Source: Choristocarpus tenellus KU-1152 (Eukaryota > Protista > Phaeophyceae). From it: a stretch of DNA of 47,044 nucleotides. The notes under the pieces are model-generated. The model had not been told where the DNA came from and searched no databases. It was given only the letters and a program-made list of their open reading frames with translations. The position numbers and the translations under genes were made by a program. The stretch covers positions 1 to 47,044 of the forward strand of contig CAXNAD020000018.1 of assembly GCA_964200185.2 (NCBI GenBank). The letters are read 5' to 3'. This document shows, in pieces, positions 12,301-24,875 of the stretch (positions within the stretch are counted from its first letter, which is position 1; each line of letters starts with the position of its first letter).

Positions 12301-15300
12301 ACTGACCTGAACCTTGTTCCACTAGGCAGCACTATTAATTTGATATTCATTTGTTGTATGTACTGTGGTGTGGTAAAGTAAGCAATGCTTTGATAATGGG
12401 GGTGTACTGCACACCAACCCCTGGGTGAGACAGTGATTGCTTTATTTTACAAATTGTGCAACCAGATGCCTATTTGTTCACTGACCAAACATGCTTTTGG
12501 GCTGTGAAGTCAATATTAAAGTCCTTTGCATCAGTATGGCAAATGTCTCTTCTATGCTCTTGTGGCTAGTAATTCATCCATACTAATAGAGTAGAGGGTC
12601 ACTCCTTGAATCCATTACATCATCTCCTGCTTCAACTGTGCTACTAGGTAAATTGGTGTCTCACTTTAATGTTTTCGCAGTTCCAACAGGAGGTATTCAA
12701 GTAGTCACTCCCCCCCCTGTGAATGTCTACATTTCTCATGTCTCATGTCTCATGTCTCATGTCTCATGTCTCATGTCTCATATCCTATCTTTCAACATTT
12801 CGTTGAACATTTTGCAACGGGTCTAGTAGTCTCTCTGAAGGGTAGCATGCCCAGGTGGAGAAAGTAGTGTCCAAATTTGTCAGGGAATGTCTTGCAGGAT
12901 AGGATTAATTACTTGAGGCCGAAATCTATGTCGAAAATGACTGGAAGTAATACTTGTGCAAAACTGAGAAACTCCTCAATTAATTATTTGAACTTACAAT
13001 ACCTATTCATTTGTGTCTTCATATGTAGAAGGTGCCACTTTCTGTCCTCAATTTCTCTTGGCAATGATTGATATTTATAGTAGCATCTCCTTCTGCTAAA
13101 ATAGAGCTGGAGTCCACTATAGTGGGAAAATTGTTGACGCTGTGCATTGATTTCTCTATTGTTTGAAAATTTCAACTGAGTTCAGAAACTAAACTCTGGG
13201 TACTTCTCGTTTACTTTGACTCACTACTCCTCATCAACTACTCAGTACTACACTTCTCATCAACTACTTGGTACTGGCTCTTGTACTATGACCAATTACA
13301 GTGCCCTATATGTGCCTTGCTTCGAGCATATTGAGTTCAGACATACTCATCACTCCTCCCTCCCTCCAATCTTGTACGGTGCTTGACTTGGTGTTACTCT
13401 GCAATGTAAAATGAAAAGTCCCTCTATGACTTGTTACAGTTTTCCCACTTTTGGTGGTGTATCAACAGACAGGATGGTACAGGTGTACAATCTGTAGCGC
13501 ATACTATGTGGACTGGAACATCAAAACCAGATACTGCTGAAAAAGATTTAAAGCAAAGAGCAGATTCGAACCCATGCACACTTTCACAGGAGTGGTGGTA
13601 CATAACATTTGAACTATAAGGATGCTCACATATAGGCAGATGCCAGGCAAGCGTGCAATGTAAACGGCTTATTTGAATGAGTAACAACTTCAATGTAGAC
13701 CTCCACACCACAATCAGAGGTTTCTGGCCATGCCTTTTCGCCCTACATGGGCCAACGATCTGGTGGTGTGCACCACGTATTATGCAGTAGTGATAATTGC
13801 AATTACTATCGCTAATATTGTAATATATCATGGTGGGTTCATCATATTGCTCGAAGAGTGTTTACAAGAGCATCTTCAGTAGCTATATATTGTGATAAGA
13901 AAAGTCCACTTTGCTTTATGCTACCGAGGTTTATATCCATAAAAAAACAACTCGATTGTTTGAAATGGATTGCATGTCCATGTTGAAGACGTGACCAATT
14001 CATGAATTGAACAGCAGATTGTACCAAAAGAGGTTTGTCCTGTTTGAATCCTAACATGCCTTATAGCAGACTATGCACCTATTTATCCTGGAAGGTTACA
14101 GGCTGTTGATCGAAACATTCTGGGTATATATTTCTTTTGTCTAGCACATGGAAGTGGAAAAAACGAGCAGTAATAGTAAGAGATTAATCTGTCTCTTGCT
14201 GTCTCTTGATATGAGGACGAGTCAAACAGAAACTAAGAAGAAGCACCTGTGGTCAGCTGGAGTGAGATTAATGACATGCAGTAGTCGACTGTGCCAATGG
14301 GAACAATAGTGATTGTGGACATGGGTCATTCTGCCTGCCTTTTACTAGGACAATGAGCAGCATGGCCACAATAGGACTGTTGCTGGATAATCCTTTTATA
14401 CGTACCATAATTTAATCTGAACACCCCCAAGTATAGCTGATCCTAGAGCACGTTATTGAATGTTTCATGTGTGGGTTGTGAAGTGGTTCGTCTTCATGGA
14501 AGTCAGATTTAAAATCCAACTGCCGAATATGTCTGCTTACCCTTTTTTGTCGTAATTCTTGATGGGGTCAATCCACAGTTGAGCAGCAGGGGCATGAGGC
14601 GTGTATCTCACCTGTGATAGAGCTGAAATTTCAAACCTACTCACTCATTGAGTGTCACTATTGAGCACTCTGCACGCGCCATGAATAGCTAAGGTATGAA
14701 GTGCACACTCCTGACTAACTGCCACTACTTGATTGATTGATTGATTGACTGATTGCTGTAAGCAGGACAAGAAGGAGAAGGTGCTCTGTAAGCACAGGGA
14801 AAGACACGGGTTGGTGGACCAGATGAATATTGAGCTCACACATGCTGTCTGCTTCAATCTGGCAAACAGCTATCACCAGAATGGCATGAACAAAGAGGTT
14901 AGCAGTTTACAACATACCTTGAAGTGGACCTTGGAACATGCCATAAAGTATAAAAGCGATAAATATAGGTGACAACTATATCAGGTGGAAGCTGATGAGA
15001 AAGTGGAATGTTTTTTTCCTCTCATTCTATAATTTATAGCATAAATTTTAGTATAATTTATAGTGTAAATTATAGTGAGACGGGGTTGGGAATGATTGAT
15101 ACGTAATACTTTGATCCATCAGCTCATTAAATATAAGGGGTCTGAAGTACCCTTCACTCATAAGTTTTCCTTGCTGTTTTATGTTATGTGTTGATGCGTT
15201 ATGATGTAATGATGTAATGGTGTAATGGTGTAATGATAGGCCTTGCGCGAATATGGAGCTATTGTGAAGAACAAACAACATCCTCATGCTGGGCGCCTTA

Positions 15301-18300
15301 GGGCAAACATGGGAAATGTCTACTATGAGCAGGTGGGAAAATTGTTGATCTACTGACTTCACTGGGTCTTGGTAGTTGCATGGCTTGCAGCTTGAGTTAT
15401 AGCAAAACATATTTAATAGGGACATTAACTTGGAGATGAGAAGTGCCCAAGTGTGCTCTCTGTTTCTCCCCCTTTTTTGCCATAATTACATGGAACCCCC
15501 CCCCAAAGCAATGGATGCTACTAAAGCACCAAGGGCTTTATAATGAAGGTATTCCAATTAATTGTAGTAATGATGTTAATAGTGTGAAGACACTCCCACT
15601 CCCACCTCATATCAATTACCTGTTACCTGTTACCATGCTTGGGATCAAAAGTCTTCAAGCTTAGAACTAATCAAACTTGAGAAGAATGGAATTCGTCGAT
15701 GCCTTATTTTACCATAGACCTTTTTTGTTCCCTGCAACTTCAAATTCGTTTGCTACATAGTGTTGCCTAGAATGAAAAGTAATAAGACAGCCCATTACAG
15801 AAGTGTTGATGGTTGATCTGACAGTGACTATTGTTGACTCCACTAGATGCTGTTGTTATGGTGCTAATTCGAATGAAAACCTACCTTCTAGTGGCTCACC
15901 TCACGACAACCCCAATATAGGACAAATGTACATTGCCATTTTTTCTTGTTATTAATCCACTTTTTTTACTTCACACTGACTTCACACTGAAATTTTCCAC
16001 CTTTGATCTCATCATCTGTCCAAATATGTACCGGCTTGCTTATTTCCTTCCCATTGCTGAAACCATTTTCCAGAGAGAGTACCCAGAGGCAATCAAGAAT
16101 TACCGAATGGCCTTGGATCAGGTGTGTATTAACTTTGTGTATTAACTTTGTGCATTAACTTTGTGTATTAACTTTGTGTATTAACTTTGTGTATTAACTT
16201 TGTGTGTTAACTTTGTGTATTAACTTTGTGTATTAACTGTGTGTATTAACTTTGTGTATTAACTGTGTGTATTAACTGTGTGTATTAACTGTGTGTATTA
16301 ACTTTGTGTATTAACTGTGTGTATTAACTTTGTGTATTAACTGTGTGTATTAACTGTGTGTATTAAGTGTTGACATTAGCAAAGATATACCAAGGAACAC
16401 TTGTAGCATGGTGACTGATGGTTTCTCTATTTCAAATGTGACACAATACACACACAGGAGTACTATCAGTATTGCTAAATAATGGAAGGCTTTTGCAACA
16501 GGTATTGATACCTCTTACAAGGAAGATTTTTTCCTTGAATGCCACTGATATCTAAGGAATAGAATAACTGTTGTTCTCTAGGCTTCAAAATTGACTGTCA
16601 TTTTCAACCTGCATACCTTTTCATCTGCCTTCATACTGGATGATCCCTACAAATTTCTTTGATAAAAATTTGAATTTGAAGGTGCCCAACACAGGAAAGG
16701 ACATTCGATTCAAGATAATACGGAACATTGGGACAGCATTTGTGCGAATGGGTCAATTCCAGGTTGATAACATTGATAACATTGATAACATTGATAACAT
16801 TGATGACATTGATAACATTGATAACATTGATGACATTGATGACATTGATAACATTGATAACATTGATAACATTGATAACATTGATAACATTGATAACATT
16901 GATAACATTGATAACATTGATGACATTGATAACATTGATAACATTGATGACATTGATAACATTGATGACATTGATAACATTGATAACATTGATAACATTG
17001 ATAACATTGATGACATTGATGACATTGATGACATTGATGACATTGATGACATTGGTGACATTGATGACATTGATGACATTGATGACATTGATGACATTGG
17101 TGACATTGATGACATTGATGACATTGATGACATTAATTCCAGGTTGATGACATTGATGACATTGATGGCTGACTGTGTATCAATGAGGTTTCACATTTTG
17201 ACAATGCATGCCAAATGGATCTAATCTAATCTCTGTAACTTTAAATATAACAGACCAAGCTTATGATATTTTACACTGTAGCGTACTCTTGGTGGTAGAT
17301 AGAAACTATGTAGAACTTAGTTATGTATACTGGTATCAGTGTTATCCACAACTGACGTGAAAGAGTGTTTTGAAACCAGTCACAGACTTTGGGCGTTTGC
17401 ATTCACCCCACTGAGGGTTCATCAACATTCAAAGCACTCATGGAAGGAGGTAGGGTATCACATGGAAACTGGGTCCATGGTACTATTGCTCAAAATCATG
17501 CAACAAGCAAGTGTACTGTTAGTTCAAAGCAGTACAATTACTCCCTTTGTCTCATAAGTCTGGGCCGTTAATGTTTTTGTGGATAATTTTTCAAATTTGA
17601 GATTCAGAAATAACAAATAATATCATTTGGAAGTCAACAACTTCGGCTTCCACATAAATATATTCAAATTACAAAAATGATATTTTTTAAATTTCGAAAT
17701 GATTGAGAAACCACCCCCTGAACATTTTTTTTTTTTCAGAAATGGCAGATTTAGCCAAATCAGCAAAACCGACCAAAAATGGATGGAAATGGTGATTAAT
17801 CAGCCATAACGTCTCAACAAGACCCCCAATGAAGATGCAATTAGTTGTGTTGGATTTTTTCTTAGTGTTTTTTGCATTAAATTTATCAGTTGTCACTCTC
17901 ATTCTCTCCCTCAATCCACCAAGTCATGGCTGTGTTGTACACGTCTCTGTCAATGGGTATCAAGTGATCCAGAACGCCCTCAGGAAAGAATGACAGTGAT
18001 GGGCAATCTATTTAATGAAACAAACACCAAGGAATCTAACACAATTAACTGTGTCTTCATCGGATGTCTGGTTGAGACGTTATGGCTGATTAATCATCAT
18101 TTCCATCCATTTTTGGTTGGTTTTGCTGATTTGGCTAAATCTGCCATTTCTGAAAAAAAAAACGTTTGTGTTCAGGACCTGTAACCACAATTACTGACCA
18201 CCTCCAGGATGCTATTGGACAGTATGATGCTATAATGCAAGGTAGTCCTGACCACCAGACTGGCTTTAACCTGGTGCTCTGCTACTATGCTTTGGAGGAT

Positions 18301-21300
18301 GGTACCTCTATGAAGAAAGCCTTCCAGCGTTTGGTAACAATTCCATTTCAAGTGAGTGAAGTGGCTTACTTTGCTTGGTGTTTGGTAACAATTCCATGGA
18401 GTTTCTTAAGCTTGGTGTAGTCCTCTTGAATTAGATTAGAGGGGCATATAATATTGTCATCACTATCCTCAACGATCTTCCTCCTGATGTGTGGATAAAT
18501 CTATGGGATGTCAAGGAGGAGTATCTTGAAAATTTTGGTGCCATCTAGTAAATATGACACATACATATATTATTTTAATATTAGATTCTCTGTCTACCCT
18601 GACCATTGTTTCCCCCAGGGTGTGAGTGGGGATGAAGAGGAAGATGAGGATGCAAAGGAAGCGGATGAGGCAGAGGTCACAGGGCAGGTAGCCCCTGACA
18701 GACTCCGTGTGGAGCTGAAGAAGCGTGAGAAGGAGGCTAATCAGTGAGAAACAGCATTGGTTATTCAACCTGAATTTCATTGATTTTTGGAAATGGTCAG
18801 TAGATGCATTTATTTGCCAACTCTTGTCTCTTCCTGATGAGTGAAATACATAGGAAAATGATATAGTCTAAACCTACTCTACACCCACTAGTGTGTGTAG
18901 AGTCCAAGGGGTGACAGGAAGTCAGCAGTCATTGAGAATACTTCTCCATATTACACCACTACTTTGCCATCATACCTTAGAGCTGGGATTGACATTAGTC
19001 ACTTGAAATTTTGAAGTTCCCTTTGCCTACATTTGTTTATTGACAGCACTGAGCTATGTAACATCACAATTTATACATACTGTATGTGCAACAGTACTAC
19101 AATTAGTACAGTATGGTGCACACACACACATACACACACACATACACACACATATACACATATTTGCATTTATACAATATATTGTTTGTAGTCATAAGAA
19201 TTACACACAATTCAGGGTAAGGGCTATTTTTAACACAATTCTGTGCGATCCAAAGTAAATGAGAGATACACAGGTTTTTGCTGTTTTTCATTTGAAGTTA
19301 ATCAATTTTTTCAATCTATTGCAATTCACCCATATATTTTTTATTACCATTGATGAAGTGCAAAGTTTGACTTGAGAGTGTTGATTTCTCTCTTGTTTGG
19401 GATATTTCAACACAATTCAGAAAATATCCTACAAACATTTGCAAAAAAATCAATTCTTGCACATGTCACATGTATGTGAGCATTCTTTAAATGAAACTCT
19501 GGCTACCCCTCATTTACTTTGACTCTGTCCCACAATTAATGAAGTCTTAAGGTTGAATTGACCTTGAATTATGTCTTTGTCAGTTATGTCTTAACAGCAG
19601 CAAAACTCATTGCTCCGGTTCTGGACAAGAGAGATTGGGAGGCAGGGTATGACTGGGTAGTGGATACAATGAAGGTGGACCATGAGCATCTTGCATCACA
19701 AATGGAGATTGAGAAAGCACTGCAATACCTTAAGAGCAAAGATTTTGATAAGGTAATAACATCTTACACAGCTCAGCAAGAAGCATGGGCAATTCCCGAG
19801 TCCTTTTGAGGGTCTCAATTAGTATGTGTATATTGGCACTTACTGAAGTGCATCTTTCCATCCTCTTTATCAAGCTGAGTGTTGCCAGTCCAATATTGGA
19901 TCCAGTGAGTCTTGCATAAGATGCAGCTTCCATCTGTTCCCCGATTTTCCCACAAACAAATCCAAACATACACATGACGCAATACAAACCACTCCAGGCT
20001 ATTGAGCATCTGAAGGCATTTGAGAAGAAAGACCAGCACCTCAAGGCCATGGCAGCTACTAACTTGGCTTTCATCTACTTCCTAGAGGGTAAGCTCTTTG
20101 AAGCATCATCTAATATTAATATCTAATATTAATAGTGGTTGCCTGCGATCAACCTAGATAAGATAATTGTTAGGCTGCATGAGGTTCAGGTGTGTATTTG
20201 GTGCCATCACTTCCAACGTACATGTGGAATCCTCAGGCGACTTTAAAAGTGCAGACTCTTATGCAGACCTTGCCATTAGACATGATCGCTACAACGCCAA
20301 AGCACTGGTCAACAAGGGAAACTGCTTGTTCATGGCAAAGGAGTATGGTCGAGCCAAAGAGACCTTTCTGGAGGCTATCGGAGTGGAGGTGAGGCACAGA
20401 TTCTTTCATCCAGATTTGTAGTTGAGTGTACTTAGGATTATGTTCGAATCATGGGGAAAGCTGATGATCATATACTATGATAATATACTATGATAATATA
20501 CTATGATAATATACTATGATAATATACTACTAGGACATGCGCTTGTAAGAAATGTTTGACTTCTTCCAACTATTAATATACTAATGTTAATATACTAATG
20601 TTAATATACTAATGTTAATATACTAATGTTAATATACTAATATTAATATACTAATATTAACAAGTGTCTACAGGGAGCGAAGTTGGTGCATATTTTGTCA
20701 CTATGTAATCCTTAGCTGTTGAATAAGATTTGGGGTGATATTGATTTATGACATTGACTCACAATTGTTCTACTCTGTTCAACAAATTCTATGGAGCAGG
20801 TTGATTGTGTGGAAGCTATTTTCAATCTTGGGCTGGTGAACTTGCATCTGGGTCTCATCAATGAATCCCTCCAGGCCTTTGAGAAGCTGCATACTATAAT
20901 ACCAAACAACTCAGAGGTCATTTACCACATTGCCAACCTTTATGAGGTAGGTGAGGTAGGTATATTGCCATTAAAAAAGCTCGCTGCACTCCATAAACCA
21001 CAATCATACAACAGCATCACCCATTTTTCTGAATTTCAGTGTCAAGGGAACCTTGCAACTATCAAATTGAGTCCTTCTAATCCTATTGACCATAAATCAT
21101 ATGATACTCGTATTAATATATATATATATAGTATTCTTATTTCATGGATTATCTCTGGAGTATGTAATACTATTTGGAAATGCCCTTTCCACAAGTTGTT
21201 CTTCCATGCTCCAAAATTTGATCCAGCAACTTCTCGCATATTAGGTGCCACAACTACTGCACTGTATCTAGTTACCCACTTGATGGTTATTTTAATTCAA

Positions 21301-24300
21301 GGCAATTGCTATTGTGTTGTTGGAGCAACGTGGTATGTGACTACATATTTTCCATGGTTAGTGGTAGACTTCTCTCTACACCAACATGCCACAATGACCC
21401 TTGGCATGCCCTAATCTACCCCCTACGCAATGGACAACTATCACAACACTGTGAGCTACTACTGGCAGTTAAGTTACCTGAAATTCTTGGTGTGTTTCTA
21501 AGTTTCCCAGTCCACTACCATGCTACAACTGGTTGCTGCAGATGCATCAGGATGACCTCCCCATGGCGGCAAAATGGTTCAATATCCTGCTTGCCCGTGT
21601 CCCTAGTGACCCAGGCATCCTAAGCCGCATGGGCCACATTGCAAACAAGGAAGATGATGACAGTCAAGCATATTTCTACCATAAGGAGAGGTTGGTATGT
21701 TGAATTTAGCTTTTGAAACACTATGCAGAAACTAACATTGTGAAGCATGTGCATAAATTCTATCAATCATAAATTCTATCAATCATGATCGATGTGTCAT
21801 ATTGCAGGAACCATCCATTGCAGGTCACAGTCCCTTGCAGCTTGTCTTGTCAATAAGTCTGACCCTTCTCACTTCTTTCACACCTCAGCTATAGGCACTA
21901 TCCTGTGAACTTGGATGTGATATCATGGCTAGGGGTATGGTATGTGAAGAGTGAGCTGTACGAGAAGGCTATTCACTTTTTTGAGAGGGCTGCTCAGATC
22001 CAACCCAATGAGGTGGGATGCCTTTAATAGGTACCTACCCTTGACGGCAATGAACACCTTCTATCCGGTCCCATCCATTGTAGTACCATCCATTGTAGTA
22101 CCATCCATTGTAGTATCATGACAAGTGTAACCGCAAGTACAATTTGTGCATTTCAGATACTCATGCCACTGGACAAAATATTATGTTCAAATTTGCATAT
22201 TTTATTCTATGCAAGTAGACTGAGTTTTACAATTATTGGATGATAAATGTGCTATGTTTGAGATGGCCTTGTCATCATTCCTTGAAATATTTACCGCTAA
22301 AGATTTTAAATAAATAAAAAAGCAACTCATCAACACCTTCTCATCATTCCTGCTACAAAGGTGAAGTGGCGGTTGATGGTGTCCAGCTGTTATCGTCGTA
22401 TGGGCAGCTACATGAAGGCTCTAGAACTCTACGAGAGGATACACTCAGAATATCCTGAGAATTTAGAATGTGAGTCAGGGTTAGAGTTGGTTTTGTGATA
22501 TACCCTTCATGAAGCAATCCCTTCTGGGATGAACCACCACTTCGTTTCAGCCAACTCAGGATAAGGCTTATTTTCTTCTTAGAAAGGAATACAGAAATTG
22601 TAATTGGAATGCCATTTATAGTTGTATATTGCAAATTTGTATGATTTTCGGTGAGGATCAATTAAGGCATGTCCCAAATCAACGCGGGTTTAGACATTTA
22701 CAAAAAAAGAAAGAAATTTTTATTGATATGTGAGACTAAAGACACATTCTATATGACCGTGTTGAAGGCATAATCCTGGGAAGCGAAGTTCCCTAAACCT
22801 GGTCTGAAGATGTTTCACGATTCCTGTTGATGAGTTTCTGAAGGTGCATAACCCAGTCATCAGTGAACCAGAGGCCCAAGTTCATCCAGTCTTGATAAAG
22901 ATTTTTTTAATGTGGTATTGCCTCTCCCTGGCACCCTTTTGGACTCTATTGGAGATGAAACAGGACATTTTTGATCTTTCCCCTACATGCTACAGTTTAA
23001 TCAGCTGCTCTGTGCTTCTCCTGGGGTATATCATGTGCTTGATAGGAGTAACTCTGTAAGTCACTCTAAGGAGCCCTAAAATTATTTTAGGACCATTTCC
23101 TACAAATTTATTTTGTATTTAGACAGGACTGTAGTGTGTGGCAGAATGTAGGGTACACTGTGTACTAACCTCTCTATGAAATACGTGTATGTTGATGGTT
23201 TAATGCAATTACTGTCCAACTCATTAATAAATAGAAAAACTACATGTGTTTGTTTTTGATAGTACAGGATATGGGTTATTGCTATTGGGTCACGATAGAC
23301 CTCAGCATCTTATCCGGAATTTCATTGTAACCTATGTCAGTTTCTCCTAACAGGTCTACGCTACCTTGTAGCCATTTGTCGGGATCATGACCGACCATTC
23401 CAGCACTACCAACAGAAATTGGCGAGATTGGACAGGGGTACAGCAAGGGGTCCAGTCTCAATTTCCAATGAGGTGGCTGGTGTTGATGTGTCAACCCATG
23501 TCTGGTGATGAGGGACCTGCATTCACTCCTTATCTCACCCAAGTCCCCAGAGAGAACTGGTATACATGAAAGACAGCAAGAGAGCTATTATACTGTGGTA
23601 GTGACTGGTATGAGAAGAGACACCTTTCAGAGACACAGCATTGATCAATAGATCTTCTGGTCTCAGAACTTGTGATGGAGGTTTTGAACTCAGCTTCCCA
23701 GTCCTTAAATTGAAACTTGTGACAAACATGTCATCCTTAATAATTGATTTTCTGGACCAGGTGGTACAGGTACAGTCTTTGGAGCGTGCACCTGAGCCAG
23801 GGTATAGCCAACAACATAGTAGTGGCACGTTGGGAATGCAGCAGGGAAAAGAACAGAACCTTGCACCTAGATCTGGGGAGCAATCGCCTATAACTGTACC
23901 CAACACCCGGGTAGTTGAAAGAGAGCGTGGAGCACTTTCTAGAGGTGAGTTGGATACCTTGGAACTGAACTATGTGGTACTCTGGAATATATGGCTCTGG
24001 AGCATATGGTATAATATATGCAAGAAATATGGGAATTATTCTTCCAAAGAAAGCAAAAATACAGGGTTCGGGTTATTTTCTGTTTTTTTGCTCACTACTG
24101 CAGTTGTAGATGGGCCAATCAAATTTAACAGATCTTGTCTTTGATACAATTGAAAAGGTAAATGACTCAAACATTGAATATATAATATATGTTGGGTGAA
24201 AATTGTTTGCAGCTCTACAGAAAAGGGAGACATCCCCTGCTGTGACCTACTCCAGCAACTGGTGATACACCCTAACCCTATACCTTCCACTACACTTCAG

Positions 24301-24875
24301 AGTCAAAGTATCTTAGAGGGAAGAGCTGCGTCCGTTTGGGGCCCAAAATCCAATGTTACTATTTTGATGTAATTTTGGCTATCGTGTTTGTTAGAAAGTG
24401 TCAATATCCTTGTTCCGGGCACACGTTTTTATAGTTTTATACATGAAACCTACTCCAAAACGTATACATTTTACCTGTTCCGAAACATTTTGGAATAGGA
24501 AAATGTCCTAAAAAAACCCGAGGGAAGCCAAGCCCCAAACAGACAAATAGGGCAAACTCGTACCCTTAAAAGATACTTTCACTCACATGAAGCTCTCTGT
24601 AGAAGTTAATTTCATTCTCTTTGATTAAGTCACATGTTGCACAAACTCACCTATCCTCAATTGTCCCCTGTGCTCTGCTTGGTCTACTGTAGCAATCTAT
24701 CCTCTATAAAATGACTGCCTTGAGCAGCAGAACCTCAAAGCAGTGTAACATACACATACTTATGAGGGATGCACAATATGCCCACTGTGTCCATCATGTT
24801 TCCTGTACTGCAGGGGGTAGGGATGAAGATCAAGACGAGTTTGGAGATGCAGATGTCAGTGATCTCCTTGCGTAA
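6303..24875 (+). CDS. IFT88: Intraflagellar transport protein 88 (TPR protein of IFT-B), 20 exons, 817 aa
   Basis: Exons with matching phases: 6303-6382, 6642-6819, 7187-7372, 8950-9030, 14766-14897, 15240-15332, 16074-16121, 16682-16762, 18208-18351, 18619-18743, 19584-19752, 19998-20088, 20237-20388, 20800-20946, 21542-21690, 21889-22012, 22361-22469, 23354-23472, 23761-23944, 24814-24875; 2454 nt, open to TAA. IFT88-type motifs: DDDLYEDFN, RPMTSVSGAGY, FDPLNQ, VHRLIEESA, AIKNYRMALDQVP, TAAKLIAP, AATNLAFIYFLEG, DRYNAKALVNKGN, VKWRLMVSSCYRRMG, YPENLECLRYLV, C-terminal DEFGDADVSDLLA*. Boundaries of exons 18-19 are less certain. Confidence 0.96.
7553..7808. mobile_element. Possible short TIR element
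   Basis: TAGTATTCTAGAGGGGC ... GCCCCTCTTTAGGATACTA imperfect inverted termini; single copy here and no clear TSD. Confidence 0.45.
7906..8151. mobile_element. MITE family B, copy 1
   Basis: AAGCCAAACTAAAT ... CCTTTACTTTGACTC; core GATGAA..AGTTTGACTTGAGA.TGTTGATTTC shared with the 19247 and 28161 copies; flanked by ACT/ACT. Confidence 0.75.
10783..11105. mobile_element. MITE family A, diverged copy in IFT88 intron 4
   Basis: Shares AATCCAATGTTGCGATTTTGAT, AAGTGTCAATATCCTTG, AGCCAAGCCC and the ACCCTCT...TTTGAATC end; has an internal ~38-bp tandem duplication. Confidence 0.75.
11478..11537 (+). repeat. (ATATTAGTGAT)-type minisatellite
   Basis: Direct reading; 8-11-bp units. Confidence 0.85.
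12734..12781 (+). repeat. (TCTCATG)n, ~7 copies
   Basis: Direct reading. Confidence 0.9.
13120..13222. mobile_element. MITE family B, 3' fragment
   Basis: TTGATTTCTCTATTGTTTG core and AACTCTGGGTACTTCTCGTTTACTTTGACTC terminus; left end not identified. Confidence 0.6.
16122..16366 (+). repeat. 13-bp minisatellite (TGTGTATTAACT[T/G]), ~19 copies
   Basis: Starts at the GT donor of IFT88 intron 7. Confidence 0.95.
16764..17168 (+). repeat. 9-bp minisatellite (GATAACATT/GATGACATT), ~41 units plus a short second block
   Basis: Starts at the donor of IFT88 intron 8; AATTCCAGGTTGAT (16755-16768) recurs at 17135-17148. Confidence 0.95.
17717..18176. mobile_element. Foldback element / long-TIR MITE in IFT88 intron 8
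   Basis: Arms 17717-17905 and 17987-18176 are reverse complements (e.g. CAGAAATGGCAGATTTAGCCAAATCAGCAAAACC vs GGTTTTGCTGATTTGGCTAAATCTGCCATTTCTG); termini CCTGAACA...TGTTCAGG; ~80-bp spacer. Confidence 0.85.
19247..19525. mobile_element. MITE family B, copy 2
   Basis: GATCCAAAGTAAATGAGAGATACACAG ... CTGGCTACCCCTCATTTACTTTGACTC inverted termini. Confidence 0.8.
20470..20659 (+). repeat. Two related AT-rich arrays: 13-bp TGATAATATACTA (~20470-20529) and 14-bp ATGTTAATATACTA (~20571-20659)
   Basis: Direct reading; both share TAATATACTA. Confidence 0.9.
22071..22115 (+). repeat. 15-bp tandem repeat CCATCCATTGTAGTA x3
   Basis: Direct reading. Confidence 0.85.
24300..24584. mobile_element. MITE family A, copy in last IFT88 intron
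   Basis: GAGTCAAAGTATCTTAGAGGG ... CCCTTAAAAGATACTTTCACTC termini; same body as 3516-3770. Confidence 0.85.

Noticed and set aside
9031-14765. Nested gene in the 5.7-kb IFT88 intron 4
   Set aside because: Only short ORFs without recognisable motifs or consistent exon chains; the content is explained by decayed repeats.
16122-17168. CRISPR-like array
   Set aside because: Contiguous short units with no unique spacers, no cas genes, and a eukaryotic intron context.
16640-17224. Long ORFs (DNI/DDI, ITL/MTL and SML repeats) as novel repeat proteins
   Set aside because: They are translations of a 9-bp intronic minisatellite; only 16682-16762 is coding (IFT88 exon 8).
17687-18184. Two near-identical ORFs on opposite strands (LVETLWLINHHFHPFLVGFADLAK)
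   Set aside because: A by-product of the inverted arms of the foldback element, not a gene duplication.
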